Virus record (IMG/VR): IMGVR_UViG_2974574300_000001
Location: 1 to 64,000 of that record
Strand: one strand, 5' to 3'
Length of the DNA stretch: 64,000 bases
DNA from: a virus
Taxonomy: Duplodnaviria > Heunggongvirae > Uroviricota > Caudoviricetes
Part shown: in pieces, positions 17,429 through 34,124 of the stretch
Position numbering within the stretch: position 1 is the first letter of the stretch
Layout of the letters: every line of letters begins with the position of its first letter
Program-made: the position numbers and the translations under genes
The notes under the pieces: generated by a model
The model's database searches: none
Told to the model about the DNA's origin: nothing
What the model saw: only the letters and a program-made list of their open reading frames with translations

Positions 17429-17456
17429 TTTCTTTTAAAAGTATTAAGGAATCACA

Positions 17457-17855
17457 ATGAAAACAGAATTTAGAGTAATTAATGGTAAGAAAGTAAATAT
17501 CGTTCTGCTTGGGGCAAGAGATGGTATTAAGATGTCTATGAAGTTGGGTAAAATTGTTGTCCCAACCTTTGCACAGATGCTATCAAGTCTGACTGACAAG
17601 GGTAAGAAAGAAGCTCCGATGGTTCCATTTAAAGAACTTGTTGAAGCTTGTTTTGACAGAATTGAAGAGATTAACCTTGAAGAGATGGCAACCCTGTTAT
17701 TTCAAGGGGCAACTGTTGATGACTTCCCACTTAATATTGATACGTACTTCCAAGCAAACTATGGTGAGTTCATTGATTACTTAGCATTTGCGCTGGAGGC
17801 AAACTTCGGAAGTTTTTTCGAAGCAAGCATTTTCAAAAGCCTAACTTCTCAGTAA
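17457..17855 (+). CDS. tail assembly chaperone (gpG-like)
   Basis: 132 aa acidic ORF directly upstream of tape measure; TTTTTTC slippery heptamer near 3' end. Confidence 0.55.
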   Translation: MKTEFRVINGKKVNIVLLGARDGIKMSMKLGKIVVPTFAQMLSSLTDKGKKEAPMVPFKELVEACFDRIEEINLEEMATLLFQGATVDDFPLNIDTYFQANYGEFIDYLAFALEANFGSFFEASIFKSLTSQ

Positions 17856-17857
17856 AC

Positions 17858-18096
17858 ATGGGTAATACTCTACAGACACCACTGACTGATGCTGCTGTAG
17901 AGGCAACCTATGAAGAAGCAGACGAGATGAAATTTGTGCTTGCTATTTATGGTATGGAAGGGTGTAAAGAAACACTTGACCAACTCTTTGCTATGACATT
18001 CTCTGATTTATTATCATTGAGACAATTTCTTGAAATTCAGAGGTCGTATAAAGAGGAAATTGCTTACAACGAACTTAGAAGAGCAGGAAAAATGTA

Positions 18097-18097
<1 letters not shown>
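17858..18097 (+). CDS. tail assembly chaperone T-frame segment (-1 frame, open from 17777)
   Basis: frame is -1 relative to 17457-17855 and overlaps it. Confidence 0.5.
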
Positions 18098-26113
<8,016 letters not shown>

Positions 26114-26115
26114 TA

Positions 26116-27282
26116 ATGGCAGTAGGTGAAATTCAAATTAGTGCCTTGCCTCAAGCAGCCTTACCAATTGACCTTAGTGATATCTTCCATCTTAAGCAGG
26201 GTATTGAGGATAAGAGATGTACTCTTGAGCAATTACTTGCTCCACACTCAAGCCTAAGAAATAACCCTCACGGTGTTACTAAAACACAAATTGGTTTAGA
26301 TAATGTTATCAATGCTCTTCAGTTAGTTGCTGCAAATAACTTATCAGATGTTGCTAATGTCACTGAGGCAAGAGCAAATCTACAGATTATGTCTTCAGAA
26401 GAGGTTAATAGTCTTGTTCAACAGCATATTAATGATAAAAGTAACCCACACAATACAACTAAGGCACAGATTGGTTTGAGCAATGTCCAGAACTGGACAA
26501 CATCTAATCTTTATAATGAAGATGCAGATAAGTACGCTACAGCAAGAGCAGTAAATAACTTGTACAAGGCTGTTCAGGCTTCTTATCCAGTAGGTACTAT
26601 CCATCTCTCTATGAATCCTGCAAACCCTTCTACATATTTAATTTGTGGGGGTACTTGGGAGTTAGTTTCAAGAGGAAGAGCACTTGTAGGTTATGATAGT
26701 GATTCTAGGCCAGTTGGTAGTAACTTTGGCTCAAGTAGTGTTAGCTTATCTAGTAACAACCTACCATCACATAGCCATTCAATCTACCTAACTGGTGGTG
26801 GACACACTCATGGTGCTGCTATTACTATTGATGGCTTTGATTACGGCAATAAGAGCACAAACAGTTTCGATTATGGAACAAAGACCACTAATAGCACTGG
26901 TGCTCACACCCACTCAGTGAGTGGTTCAACAAATACCACAGGTAATCACACACATACTGTAGGTGGTCGTTATGGTGGTGACTCTATCGGTGGTAAACCG
27001 CGTGTTCAGGTATCTGGTACAGAACAGGTTTCCAGTGTAGCTGGTGACCACTCACACACTATTAGCGGTTCAACAAATACCACAGGCAATCACCAACACA
27101 CTGTTGCAATTGGTGCTCACACGCATACTGTTGCAATTGGTGCTCATACCCATAAAGGCACAGTAACTTTGCAGTCATCTGAGCATACTCACTCAGGTAC
27201 TACAGGTACTACAGGTGCTGGTCAAGCATTCAGCGTTGAACAACCATCCTTTGTGGTTTATGTATGGCAAAGAACCGCTTAA
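26116..27282 (+). CDS. tail fiber protein with C-terminal HxH repeat tip domain
   Basis: repeats GAHTHSVSG, GNHTHTVGG, GDHSHTISG, GNHQHTV, GAHTHTV; shares near-identical nucleotide blocks with 28741-29676. Confidence 0.7.
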   Translation: MAVGEIQISALPQAALPIDLSDIFHLKQGIEDKRCTLEQLLAPHSSLRNNPHGVTKTQIGLDNVINALQLVAANNLSDVANVTEARANLQIMSSEEVNSLVQQHINDKSNPHNTTKAQIGLSNVQNWTTSNLYNEDADKYATARAVNNLYKAVQASYPVGTIHLSMNPANPSTYLICGGTWELVSRGRALVGYDSDSRPVGSNFGSSSVSLSSNNLPSHSHSIYLTGGGHTHGAAITIDGFDYGNKSTNSFDYGTKTTNSTGAHTHSVSGSTNTTGNHTHTVGGRYGGDSIGGKPRVQVSGTEQVSSVAGDHSHTISGSTNTTGNHQHTVAIGAHTHTVAIGAHTHKGTVTLQSSEHTHSGTTGTTGAGQAFSVEQPSFVVYVWQRTA

Positions 27283-27295
27283 AAATTCTTTTACA

Positions 27296-27318
27296 GGGGG
27301 CTGTACAGCCCTCTTTCT
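27296..27318 (+). terminator. possible terminator hairpin after fiber gene
   Basis: GGGGGCTG-TACAG-CCCTC hairpin followed by T-rich TCTTTCT. Confidence 0.35.
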
Positions 27319-27332
27319 AGAGGACAAAAATA

Positions 27333-28694
27333 ATGGCAGATTACAAATTGAGTGAATTAAACTCAATCGATACAATCCGTTCAGACGACCTTCTTCATGT
27401 CAGGGTTAAAAAGAGACCTGAAATGCTGGGTGATGAAGACCGTCGAATGACCTATCAAGACTTCTTAGCATCTTTTAAGCTTGAAAGATTTGTTCAGATT
27501 GCTGGTAGTACTATGACTGGTGACTTAGGGATTGTTAAGTTACTTTATGGTGGTAAGGCAGTCTTTGACCCTACAGGCTCTTCCGAGATTACTATGGGGG
27601 ATGTTTTAAAGACTTTTAAAATTAATGCAAATGGTCTTAAACTAACTATTGCAGATGCTTCAAGGTCTGCAACTGTTTATCATACTCTTAATAAGCCAAG
27701 TCCTAATGAGCTTGGGATGAGAACTAATGAAGAGAATGATGCAAGATATGCAAGGCTTGCTGTCACAAACACATTCTCTGGGACTCAGAACATTCAAGGT
27801 GATGTTAACTTACTTCGCCTTAGAAACCAAAATGCAAATAATGCACAATATATTGAAGGTGTAGACCTAGATGGCTCGGCTAGATGGTTGGTTGGTATTA
27901 GTAAAAATGGTTCTGATGCAGTGCAGTTGTACAATAATAAATATGACTCAGCTTTGACTATTGCAAGTAATATCTCTGTTAATAAGTCTTTAGCAATCAC
28001 TGGTCAAGTCCAACCTTCGGATTTCTCTAACTTAGATGCTAGATACTTTACTCAGACAGTTGCTAATCAGAGATTTGCACAGTTAGCTGGGAATAACACT
28101 TTTACAGGTGCTAATACTTTCACTAACCTTGTTGTTAAGAAGAATGCTAATGCTATTACTTTGCAGAATACTGATGCAGGTACAGCACTTTATATTCTCG
28201 GTAAGAGGTCTGATGGAACAAATAAATGGTATGTTGGTACAGATTCTGATGAGACACGTCTGAACATTTATAACTACCTTACAGGTTCACAGGTTTCACT
28301 AGGGACTACTATTGGTATTAATAAAACCGTGCAAATCAATGGTCAAGTTCAGCCATCTGATTGGACTAACATTGACTCTAGATATATTCCGGCAGCAACA
28401 TTAAGTACAATTGCAAGAACTAATGCACAAAATACTTTTAATGGTGCGCAAACAGTTGTTAGTGATGGCGAAGGTTTAGTTATTAAAAACTCTACTCAGA
28501 ATAGGCCATTGTATATTCGTGGTAAGGACGCTGCCAATGTATCAAGATGGTGGTTAGGTGTTGGTGACCCAAATTCTACTGATGTAGCCTTAAACAACAG
28601 CTTCTCTGGCACTCAGTTAATTTTAGGTAACTCATCTGCAAGTATCAATAAGACATTAACCCTAGCAGCAGATTCAACCTTCAGATTTCTCTAA
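27333..28694 (+). CDS. tail fiber protein (shaft) with repeated QPSDxxNxDxRY linker motifs
   Basis: 453 aa; internal repeats INKSLAITGQVQPSDFSNLDARY and INKTVQINGQVQPSDWTNIDSRY; third copy is split between frames at the 3' end. Confidence 0.65.
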   Translation: MADYKLSELNSIDTIRSDDLLHVRVKKRPEMLGDEDRRMTYQDFLASFKLERFVQIAGSTMTGDLGIVKLLYGGKAVFDPTGSSEITMGDVLKTFKINANGLKLTIADASRSATVYHTLNKPSPNELGMRTNEENDARYARLAVTNTFSGTQNIQGDVNLLRLRNQNANNAQYIEGVDLDGSARWLVGISKNGSDAVQLYNNKYDSALTIASNISVNKSLAITGQVQPSDFSNLDARYFTQTVANQRFAQLAGNNTFTGANTFTNLVVKKNANAITLQNTDAGTALYILGKRSDGTNKWYVGTDSDETRLNIYNYLTGSQVSLGTTIGINKTVQINGQVQPSDWTNIDSRYIPAATLSTIARTNAQNTFNGAQTVVSDGEGLVIKNSTQNRPLYIRGKDAANVSRWWLGVGDPNSTDVALNNSFSGTQLILGNSSASINKTLTLAADSTFRFL

Positions 28695-28740
28695 CTTAGA
28701 TGCTAGATATTACACGCAATCTACCGCAAACTCTAGGTAT

Positions 28741-29676
28741 ATGCTTGCTTATTCTTCTGGCACTGGTACAGAGGTAGGTGATAGTGATGGCATTGCTTGG
28801 AATGCTAAAACTGGTCTGTATAATGTTACAGGTTATAGTGGAGGCTCAACACAGCTTGTTTTCCAAATGTATCAGGGTGCAAGCTCTACTCCCTCTGCTC
28901 AATTAAAATTCAACTACAGGAATGGGGGTTTTTGGTATAGGTCATCAAGGGATGGTTTTGGTTTTGAAGAGGACTTCACACAAATTTATACAGAGAAGTA
29001 TAAACCAACTCCTTCAGCTATTGGTGCATACACTAAAGCAGAGACTGACCAGAAGATTGCAGAAGCGATTAGTGACTCTACAGACCTTAATAAAATCTAT
29101 CCAGTAGGTATTGTAACGTGGTTTAACAGTAATGTTAACCCTAATACCGCACTTCCTGGATTAACTTGGACGTACCTGAACAATGGTGTAGGTAGGACAA
29201 TCAGGGTTGCAGCAGCTAATGGTTCAGATGTTGCTACAACTGGAGGCTCAGATTCTGTTACGTTAGCAGTTGGAAACTTACCTTCACACACTCATAGTTT
29301 CTCTGCGACAACCTCTAGCTTTGACTACGGTACTAAAACCACTAACACTACTGGTGCTCACACCCACTCAGTGAGTGGTTCTACTAACAACACTGGTGCT
29401 CATACACATACAGTTGGTGGTCGTTATGGTGGTGACTCTATCGGTGGTAAACATCGTGTTCAGGTCTCAGGGACTGAACAGGTATCTAGCTATGATGGTG
29501 CTCACTCTCACACTGTATCTGGTACTGCTGCCTCTAACGGAAACCATGCTCACACAGTTGGTATTGGTGCTCACAGTCATACAGTTAGTGGTAACACTGG
29601 TGGTACAGGTTCTGGTTCAGCATTTAGTGTAACTAACCAGTTCTATAAGCTGATGGCTTGGGTAAGAACTGCTTAA
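28741..29676 (+). CDS. tail fiber distal tip with HxH repeats (probably continuous with 27333-28694)
   Basis: C-terminal GAHTHSVSG/GAHTHTVGG/GAHSHTVSG/GNHAHTV/GAHSHTV repeats; frame open from 28666 encoding QQIQPSDFSNLDARYY upstream of the ATG. Confidence 0.65.
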   Translation: MLAYSSGTGTEVGDSDGIAWNAKTGLYNVTGYSGGSTQLVFQMYQGASSTPSAQLKFNYRNGGFWYRSSRDGFGFEEDFTQIYTEKYKPTPSAIGAYTKAETDQKIAEAISDSTDLNKIYPVGIVTWFNSNVNPNTALPGLTWTYLNNGVGRTIRVAAANGSDVATTGGSDSVTLAVGNLPSHTHSFSATTSSFDYGTKTTNTTGAHTHSVSGSTNNTGAHTHTVGGRYGGDSIGGKHRVQVSGTEQVSSYDGAHSHTVSGTAASNGNHAHTVGIGAHSHTVSGNTGGTGSGSAFSVTNQFYKLMAWVRTA

Positions 29677-29755
29677 TCCCTTATTGACTGATTGTTAAGA
29701 TGGTGTTAATATTCTTTATGGGTATTCTCACCATCTTGGCTGATGAGGTGATTAA

Positions 29756-29950
29756 ATGCCTACAATCCTAGCAATTCTCCTAAAAAATCTAGGTAGCTTC
29801 TTCTGGAAACTCATTTTATCCCTTCTAAGTGAATACATGATTGAGAAAGTGTTCTTTAAGCTTGCAAGATACCTTGCGGGTAAGACAGACACACCTATTG
29901 ATGATGAGTTCGTAGATAACTTAGAAAAAGCTTTTAAGGGGGAGAAATAA
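29756..29950 (+). CDS. small hydrophobic protein (possible membrane protein)
   Basis: 64 aa ORF with hydrophobic N-terminal helix. Confidence 0.4.
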   Translation: MPTILAILLKNLGSFFWKLILSLLSEYMIEKVFFKLARYLAGKTDTPIDDEFVDNLEKAFKGEK

Positions 29951-30316
29951 ATGAAGTGGCTAGAGGAAGCTTTTAAAAATAATATTGGTGCAATTGTTGT
30001 TGGTATTTTTAGTGTTATTGGGATGTATACCACGATGCAAGTTTCAAGTGGTAAGCAAGAAGTGTCTGTCACAACAAAGTTACAGCAGCTAGATAATTAT
30101 TCCAGAAGTAACTATTCAGCTATTCGTGATTTACAGTCTGACATGAGACTGATTCAGCTAGGGATGGAGAACCAGAAAGTTCAGTTAGAGAATGTTAAGG
30201 GTGAAAACGCAAAACTTACCAAAACCCTTGATAAATTCTCTGACAGTGTAAATAATCTGGCTCAATCAGTATCAGCCCTCCAAGCTATTACTGAGAAGAA
30301 CACAAAAGAACACTGA
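29951..30316 (+). CDS. membrane-anchored coiled-coil protein (possible holin/spanin-like)
   Basis: N-terminal TM helix IGAIVVGIFSVIGMYTT followed by coiled-coil rich sequence; located after tail fibers. Confidence 0.4.
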   Translation: MKWLEEAFKNNIGAIVVGIFSVIGMYTTMQVSSGKQEVSVTTKLQQLDNYSRSNYSAIRDLQSDMRLIQLGMENQKVQLENVKGENAKLTKTLDKFSDSVNNLAQSVSALQAITEKNTKEH

Positions 30317-30329
30317 AAATAAAATTTTA

Positions 30330-30360
30330 AGGCTCCTTTTTACGGGAGCCTTTTTGTTTT
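30330..30360. terminator. bidirectional rho-independent terminator between convergent modules
   Basis: AGGCTCC-loop-GGAGCCT hairpin with T-run on plus strand and A/T-run on minus. Confidence 0.65.
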
Positions 30361-31258
30361 ACTTACCTACTGACAAAGGTGCTTCAATCTTCCCTGCGTG
30401 TTTGTAGTTGTTAATACCACCAATAAAATCACTCGCAGTAAGGTGTTTTAGGTCACTTAGCGTGTTAAGTGGTAGACCAATCTCAAAAGTTGGTGCATGG
30501 AACTCTTCATTATTCATCAATTCATAAACCTGCTTCATATGGTTCTGATAAATCTGAGTATCCCCAAAGACACCTATCAAGTATCGTGGAGTGTACCCAG
30601 TCATCTTGCAAAGTACTTCCAGAATAAAACCATAAGATGCAATGTTAAACGGAAGTCCTAAAAAGGTGTCTACAGAACGTTGATACCATTGTAAGTCAAC
30701 TTCACCCTCGTTAGTGATATAAATCTGAAACAGAACATGACAAGGTGCTAAAGCCATCGAGTTGGATGCAATATCTGCTGCATTCCAAGCATTAACAAGC
30801 ATGTAGCGGTCTGTGATATCACCTTTCATCTTCGTTACTAAGGTCTCTAACTGGTCTACAACACAACCATTATGACCTTCAAAGTTTCTCCACTGAACCC
30901 CGTAGATTCTCCCACCTGCATCTTCTAACCAATCTTGTTCAGAAGAATAATTAGAGCTTAACCAGCGTTTAAAATCATCTGACCAGATAGTCCAGCGTTC
31001 TCCATCATTTTCACCCCAAGTACGGTAACGGAGTTCACCAAGTTTATTCTCACCGTTCAGGAACCATAAAGCTTCCCCAATAACTTGCCGTGTAAACACC
31101 TGTTTAGATGTTAAGAGTGGGAAACCAGTACGCATATCAAAACGAAATTGTGGTGGAGCGAATGCAGAGATAACATCTCCAGTTCGTGTAGTACGCAGTT
31201 CACCAACGGATAAAACATGGTTCAGGATATTTTTGTAACTTGAATCTGCTTGTGACAT
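30359..31258 (-). CDS. thyA: thymidylate synthase
   Basis: conserved ThyA active-site region PCHVLFQIY and YQRSVDTFLGLPFNIASY. Confidence 0.9.
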   Translation of the reverse strand: MSQADSSYKNILNHVLSVGELRTTRTGDVISAFAPPQFRFDMRTGFPLLTSKQVFTRQVIGEALWFLNGENKLGELRYRTWGENDGERWTIWSDDFKRWLSSNYSSEQDWLEDAGGRIYGVQWRNFEGHNGCVVDQLETLVTKMKGDITDRYMLVNAWNAADIASNSMALAPCHVLFQIYITNEGEVDLQWYQRSVDTFLGLPFNIASYGFILEVLCKMTGYTPRYLIGVFGDTQIYQNHMKQVYELMNNEEFHAPTFEIGLPLNTLSDLKHLTASDFIGGINNYKHAGKIEAPLSVGK

Positions 31259-31259
31259 A

Positions 31260-31805
31260 TCAAAAGTGTCCTTTTACTTGTGGAACATAGATTTCAAAGG
31301 TTGCTTTACCATCATCTGAAGGTCTTGACTGTACCTTTGCAAACACACGGCTATCATACAGTTTATCGAAGAAGTTTTCAAAAGGTAAATACACAGTGGC
31401 CTCTTCAGTAACTTTATGGAAAACTGTATGGAAAACTACACCAGCATACGGTAAAGCATCGACAAGAACACCTGCACCACCAATTACAAAGACATCTTCA
31501 TCAATAGAGCTATCAAGATACTTCAAAAATGCTCCAAAGGACTCTTTGCTGGCCTTAGCATACATTACATCATCTTTGTCAAAGTCTATACCTAAATATG
31601 GTACAGAATTTGTTAAGATGAGGTTTGTACGTTCTGGTAAAGGTTTACTACCCAGAGTCTTAAAAGTCTCATTACCCATCACTACTAAATTATCTTTAGT
31701 GAGTCTCTTAAACTCTTGCATATCCTGTTTATGTCGAGGCCACGGCATACCAGTTGGAGTACCAAACTCTCCATTTTCACCACTTGCAAAGATTAATTTA
31801 ATCAT
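31260..31805 (-). CDS. folA: dihydrofolate reductase
   Basis: N-terminal DHFR motif IFASGENGEFGTPTGMPW and NLVVMGNETFKTLG..PLPERTNLILT; adjacent to thyA. Confidence 0.85.
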   Translation of the reverse strand: MIKLIFASGENGEFGTPTGMPWPRHKQDMQEFKRLTKDNLVVMGNETFKTLGSKPLPERTNLILTNSVPYLGIDFDKDDVMYAKASKESFGAFLKYLDSSIDEDVFVIGGAGVLVDALPYAGVVFHTVFHKVTEEATVYLPFENFFDKLYDSRVFAKVQSRPSDDGKATFEIYVPQVKGHF

Positions 31806-32062
31806 TTTGTAAACCCTTTCTTAATGAACCAGTTGATAACATTCTTCACAGCTTTATTGCTATGGTAGATTAAGTGCGGTGTGGGTTGGTATGAACCATA
31901 AGCCCAGAAAGCAATGATTTCATTACATCCTGTACACCTTGTACTCTCTTCAGCAATATGACCGTTGGCTATTTCACTTACCTCACCTTGTAAGTCTGTA
32001 CACCCACAATGTGGACATCGGATAGGTGTTCCGTCAGACTCACAGCAGTGTTCAATTTTCAT
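31802..32062 (-). CDS. zinc-ribbon protein
   Basis: CPHCGC...CTGC cysteine pairs. Confidence 0.45.
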   Translation of the reverse strand: MKIEHCCESDGTPIRCPHCGCTDLQGEVSEIANGHIAEESTRCTGCNEIIAFWAYGSYQPTPHLIYHSNKAVKNVINWFIKKGFTK

Positions 32063-32578
32063 TTACTTAACCTCAAAAACTGGCTCAAGAACCAATATAA
32101 AGTCTACACAGTCATCTTCTTCATCCAGAATACCATCAAAGTTCTTAGGAACGAAGTCGAAGAGGCTCATAACAAAACAGTCAGAAGTGACCCTGATAGT
32201 TCCTCCCATGTTCTCTACAGTTAACACTGTACGACTTTCTTTTACCTCCCTCAGAAGATTACTCACAAAGTCATCTAAGAAATACTTCATTAGTGACTTG
32301 AAACCTTTAGGGTAATCTGTACCAGAGTATGTTTCAATCTGCGGTACAAGCTTAACATTTATACTAGTCTTTGTTAAGAATGTGCTAGAGAACATGCTAT
32401 CAGGTAACTTACAAACAGTCTTTCCAGTACCTTCATGCTCAATCTCAACAAAACCAGCTTCATCGCCACATGTAACTATTTTAAAAGATGCTTCATTCTC
32501 ATACTGTGAAGCCATAAACTTTTTAAGCATCACTTTAAGGAAATCTGCATGAGCATCTTGTAAGTAGATATCAATCAT
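32063..32578 (-). CDS. hypothetical protein
   Basis: ORF in operon. Confidence 0.45.
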   Translation of the reverse strand: MIDIYLQDAHADFLKVMLKKFMASQYENEASFKIVTCGDEAGFVEIEHEGTGKTVCKLPDSMFSSTFLTKTSINVKLVPQIETYSGTDYPKGFKSLMKYFLDDFVSNLLREVKESRTVLTVENMGGTIRVTSDCFVMSLFDFVPKNFDGILDEEDDCVDFILVLEPVFEVK

Positions 32579-32591
32579 AGTTAATCACCTA

Positions 32592-32951
32592 TTATGGGAA
32601 CAAGCACTTAATGTCATCGTTTTTGAAAACAAAACTTGTGTAGTTGTGACCGTCAACATCCAGCCAAACAGCCTGAACATCTACACCATCAAGATTCTGG
32701 TAAAGCTCTTTGATGAAGTGGTCTTTTACAATCTGACTGCTAGTTGTTTCCAGCTTAATGTTCGAGATTGCTGAACCTACAGCCATATAACCCATGACAC
32801 GTTTCTTCTCAGTATGCTTAATCTTACCATCTTTGTAAGCCATAATGAGATTGGAAAGAATCTTTACACCATAATACTTTTCAAGGTGAGTAGGTACACC
32901 ATAAAAGCCTAATGCGAAGTTTTCAGAGTGGATAATGTTTTCACGTTTCAT
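32592..32951 (-). CDS. hypothetical protein
   Basis: ORF in operon. Confidence 0.45.
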   Translation of the reverse strand: MKRENIIHSENFALGFYGVPTHLEKYYGVKILSNLIMAYKDGKIKHTEKKRVMGYMAVGSAISNIKLETTSSQIVKDHFIKELYQNLDGVDVQAVWLDVDGHNYTSFVFKNDDIKCLFP

Positions 32952-32952
32952 A

Positions 32953-33282
32953 TTAGTCTGCCAACCTTAAATTGAAATTAACACCAAATTTTTCACATAC
33001 TTCCAACATATACTCAAGGGAAACATTACCAGTGAGGTGGATTATGTTGGATACACGAGCCTGAGAGATACCGCAAATTTTAGCAACTTGTTCTTGAGAA
33101 AGACCTCTGGATTTAATCTCTCTCTTAAAACGATGTGCAACGAAGTCTCTCATTTCGTCTACATCCATTGGACAAATATAACTCTCCATTTCAGCCTCTC
33201 TATCAGCCTCCCAATCATCTTGTGGGGCATAAGGGTCAAAAACATCATTCATCTTTCTTCTTCCGTTTGCGTGAAGTGTCAA
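32953..33282 (-). CDS. helix-turn-helix DNA-binding protein (XRE-like)
   Basis: RGLSQEQVAKICGISQARVSNI HTH motif. Confidence 0.55.
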   Translation of the reverse strand: MTLHANGRRKMNDVFDPYAPQDDWEADREAEMESYICPMDVDEMRDFVAHRFKREIKSRGLSQEQVAKICGISQARVSNIIHLTGNVSLEYMLEVCEKFGVNFNLRLAD

Positions 33283-33457
33283 TCAATGAATCTATGTTTG
33301 TAGCCCTAACCTTTTCACGTTCATCGTTAAGATAATCATCAAGAACCTTTTCAATCTGTGAATCATCTTGACAGATAACTGTAAAGACTGTAAAGCCGTC
33401 TGTATCATCAATTATCTTACCATAACCGCTTCTGGGATGTAACTTTTTAAGAGCCAT
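33245..33457 (-). CDS. hypothetical protein
   Basis: 70 aa ORF overlapping neighbours. Confidence 0.3.
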   Translation of the reverse strand: MALKKLHPRSGYGKIIDDTDGFTVFTVICQDDSQIEKVLDDYLNDEREKVRATNIDSLIDTSRKRKKKDE

Positions 33458-33458
33458 A

Positions 33459-33842
33459 TCAAATACCTGTGCAGCTTCTGTTTTCTAAGAAATACTCAAC
33501 ACCATACATAGCTTTTTGCATCAAATCTTCTTTAAACTGGATACGATGGTTGCGCATAGCCTGTACATCAATATCATCATGGTGCTTCTCTTTAATATTT
33601 GCAGATTGCAGGAAATACTCTCCAAGAACGCGATACTGATAGTCAGTTACCTTATCAGTCATCTCTGTTAAAGACTCTTCAGAGATTGGTTTCAGTAGCT
33701 CACCATTAGCTAGAGCAAGACCTTTAACAATCTGGCAAGTGTCTTCTGGAACACCTGATAAGTCCACATTTGGAAGTTCTGTTGCATTGACTGGTAAATT
33801 CATTGCCATAACCATTGCAGCAGCTAATAAAATCTTTTTCAT
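33459..33842 (-). CDS. secreted protein with signal peptide
   Basis: N-terminal MKKILLAAAMVMAMNLPVNA signal peptide-like sequence. Confidence 0.5.
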   Translation of the reverse strand: MKKILLAAAMVMAMNLPVNATELPNVDLSGVPEDTCQIVKGLALANGELLKPISEESLTEMTDKVTDYQYRVLGEYFLQSANIKEKHHDDIDVQAMRNHRIQFKEDLMQKAMYGVEYFLENRSCTGI

Positions 33843-34124
33843 AATGACCTCAAAGTTATATTAAATTTTGTATTACATTGAGTATAAAAATAAGCTATAA
33901 CACCTGACTTGTCAACAGATTTTATAGCTTATTTGGCAGATTTTTTATAAGGCTACTGCCATCCTTCCATACCAGACTACGCCATGCCAGACCAGACTTC
34001 ACATCACCTTACCGTGCAATACATCGCTTAAAACCCTCTTAGAAGACTCTTAAGTGATGCTGGTGAGTACCCGTTGGTTCATGCTGCTCAGTATACTCAC
34101 CAAATTTTCTATGTCAACAACTTT

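Noticed and set aside
30359-31258. Intron in the thymidylate synthase gene, as in T4 td
   Set aside because: The ORF is continuous at 299 aa with all ThyA motifs in one frame.
31396-31812. Plus-strand ORF antisense to the DHFR gene
   Set aside because: DHFR motifs are on the minus strand; the plus-strand translation has none.
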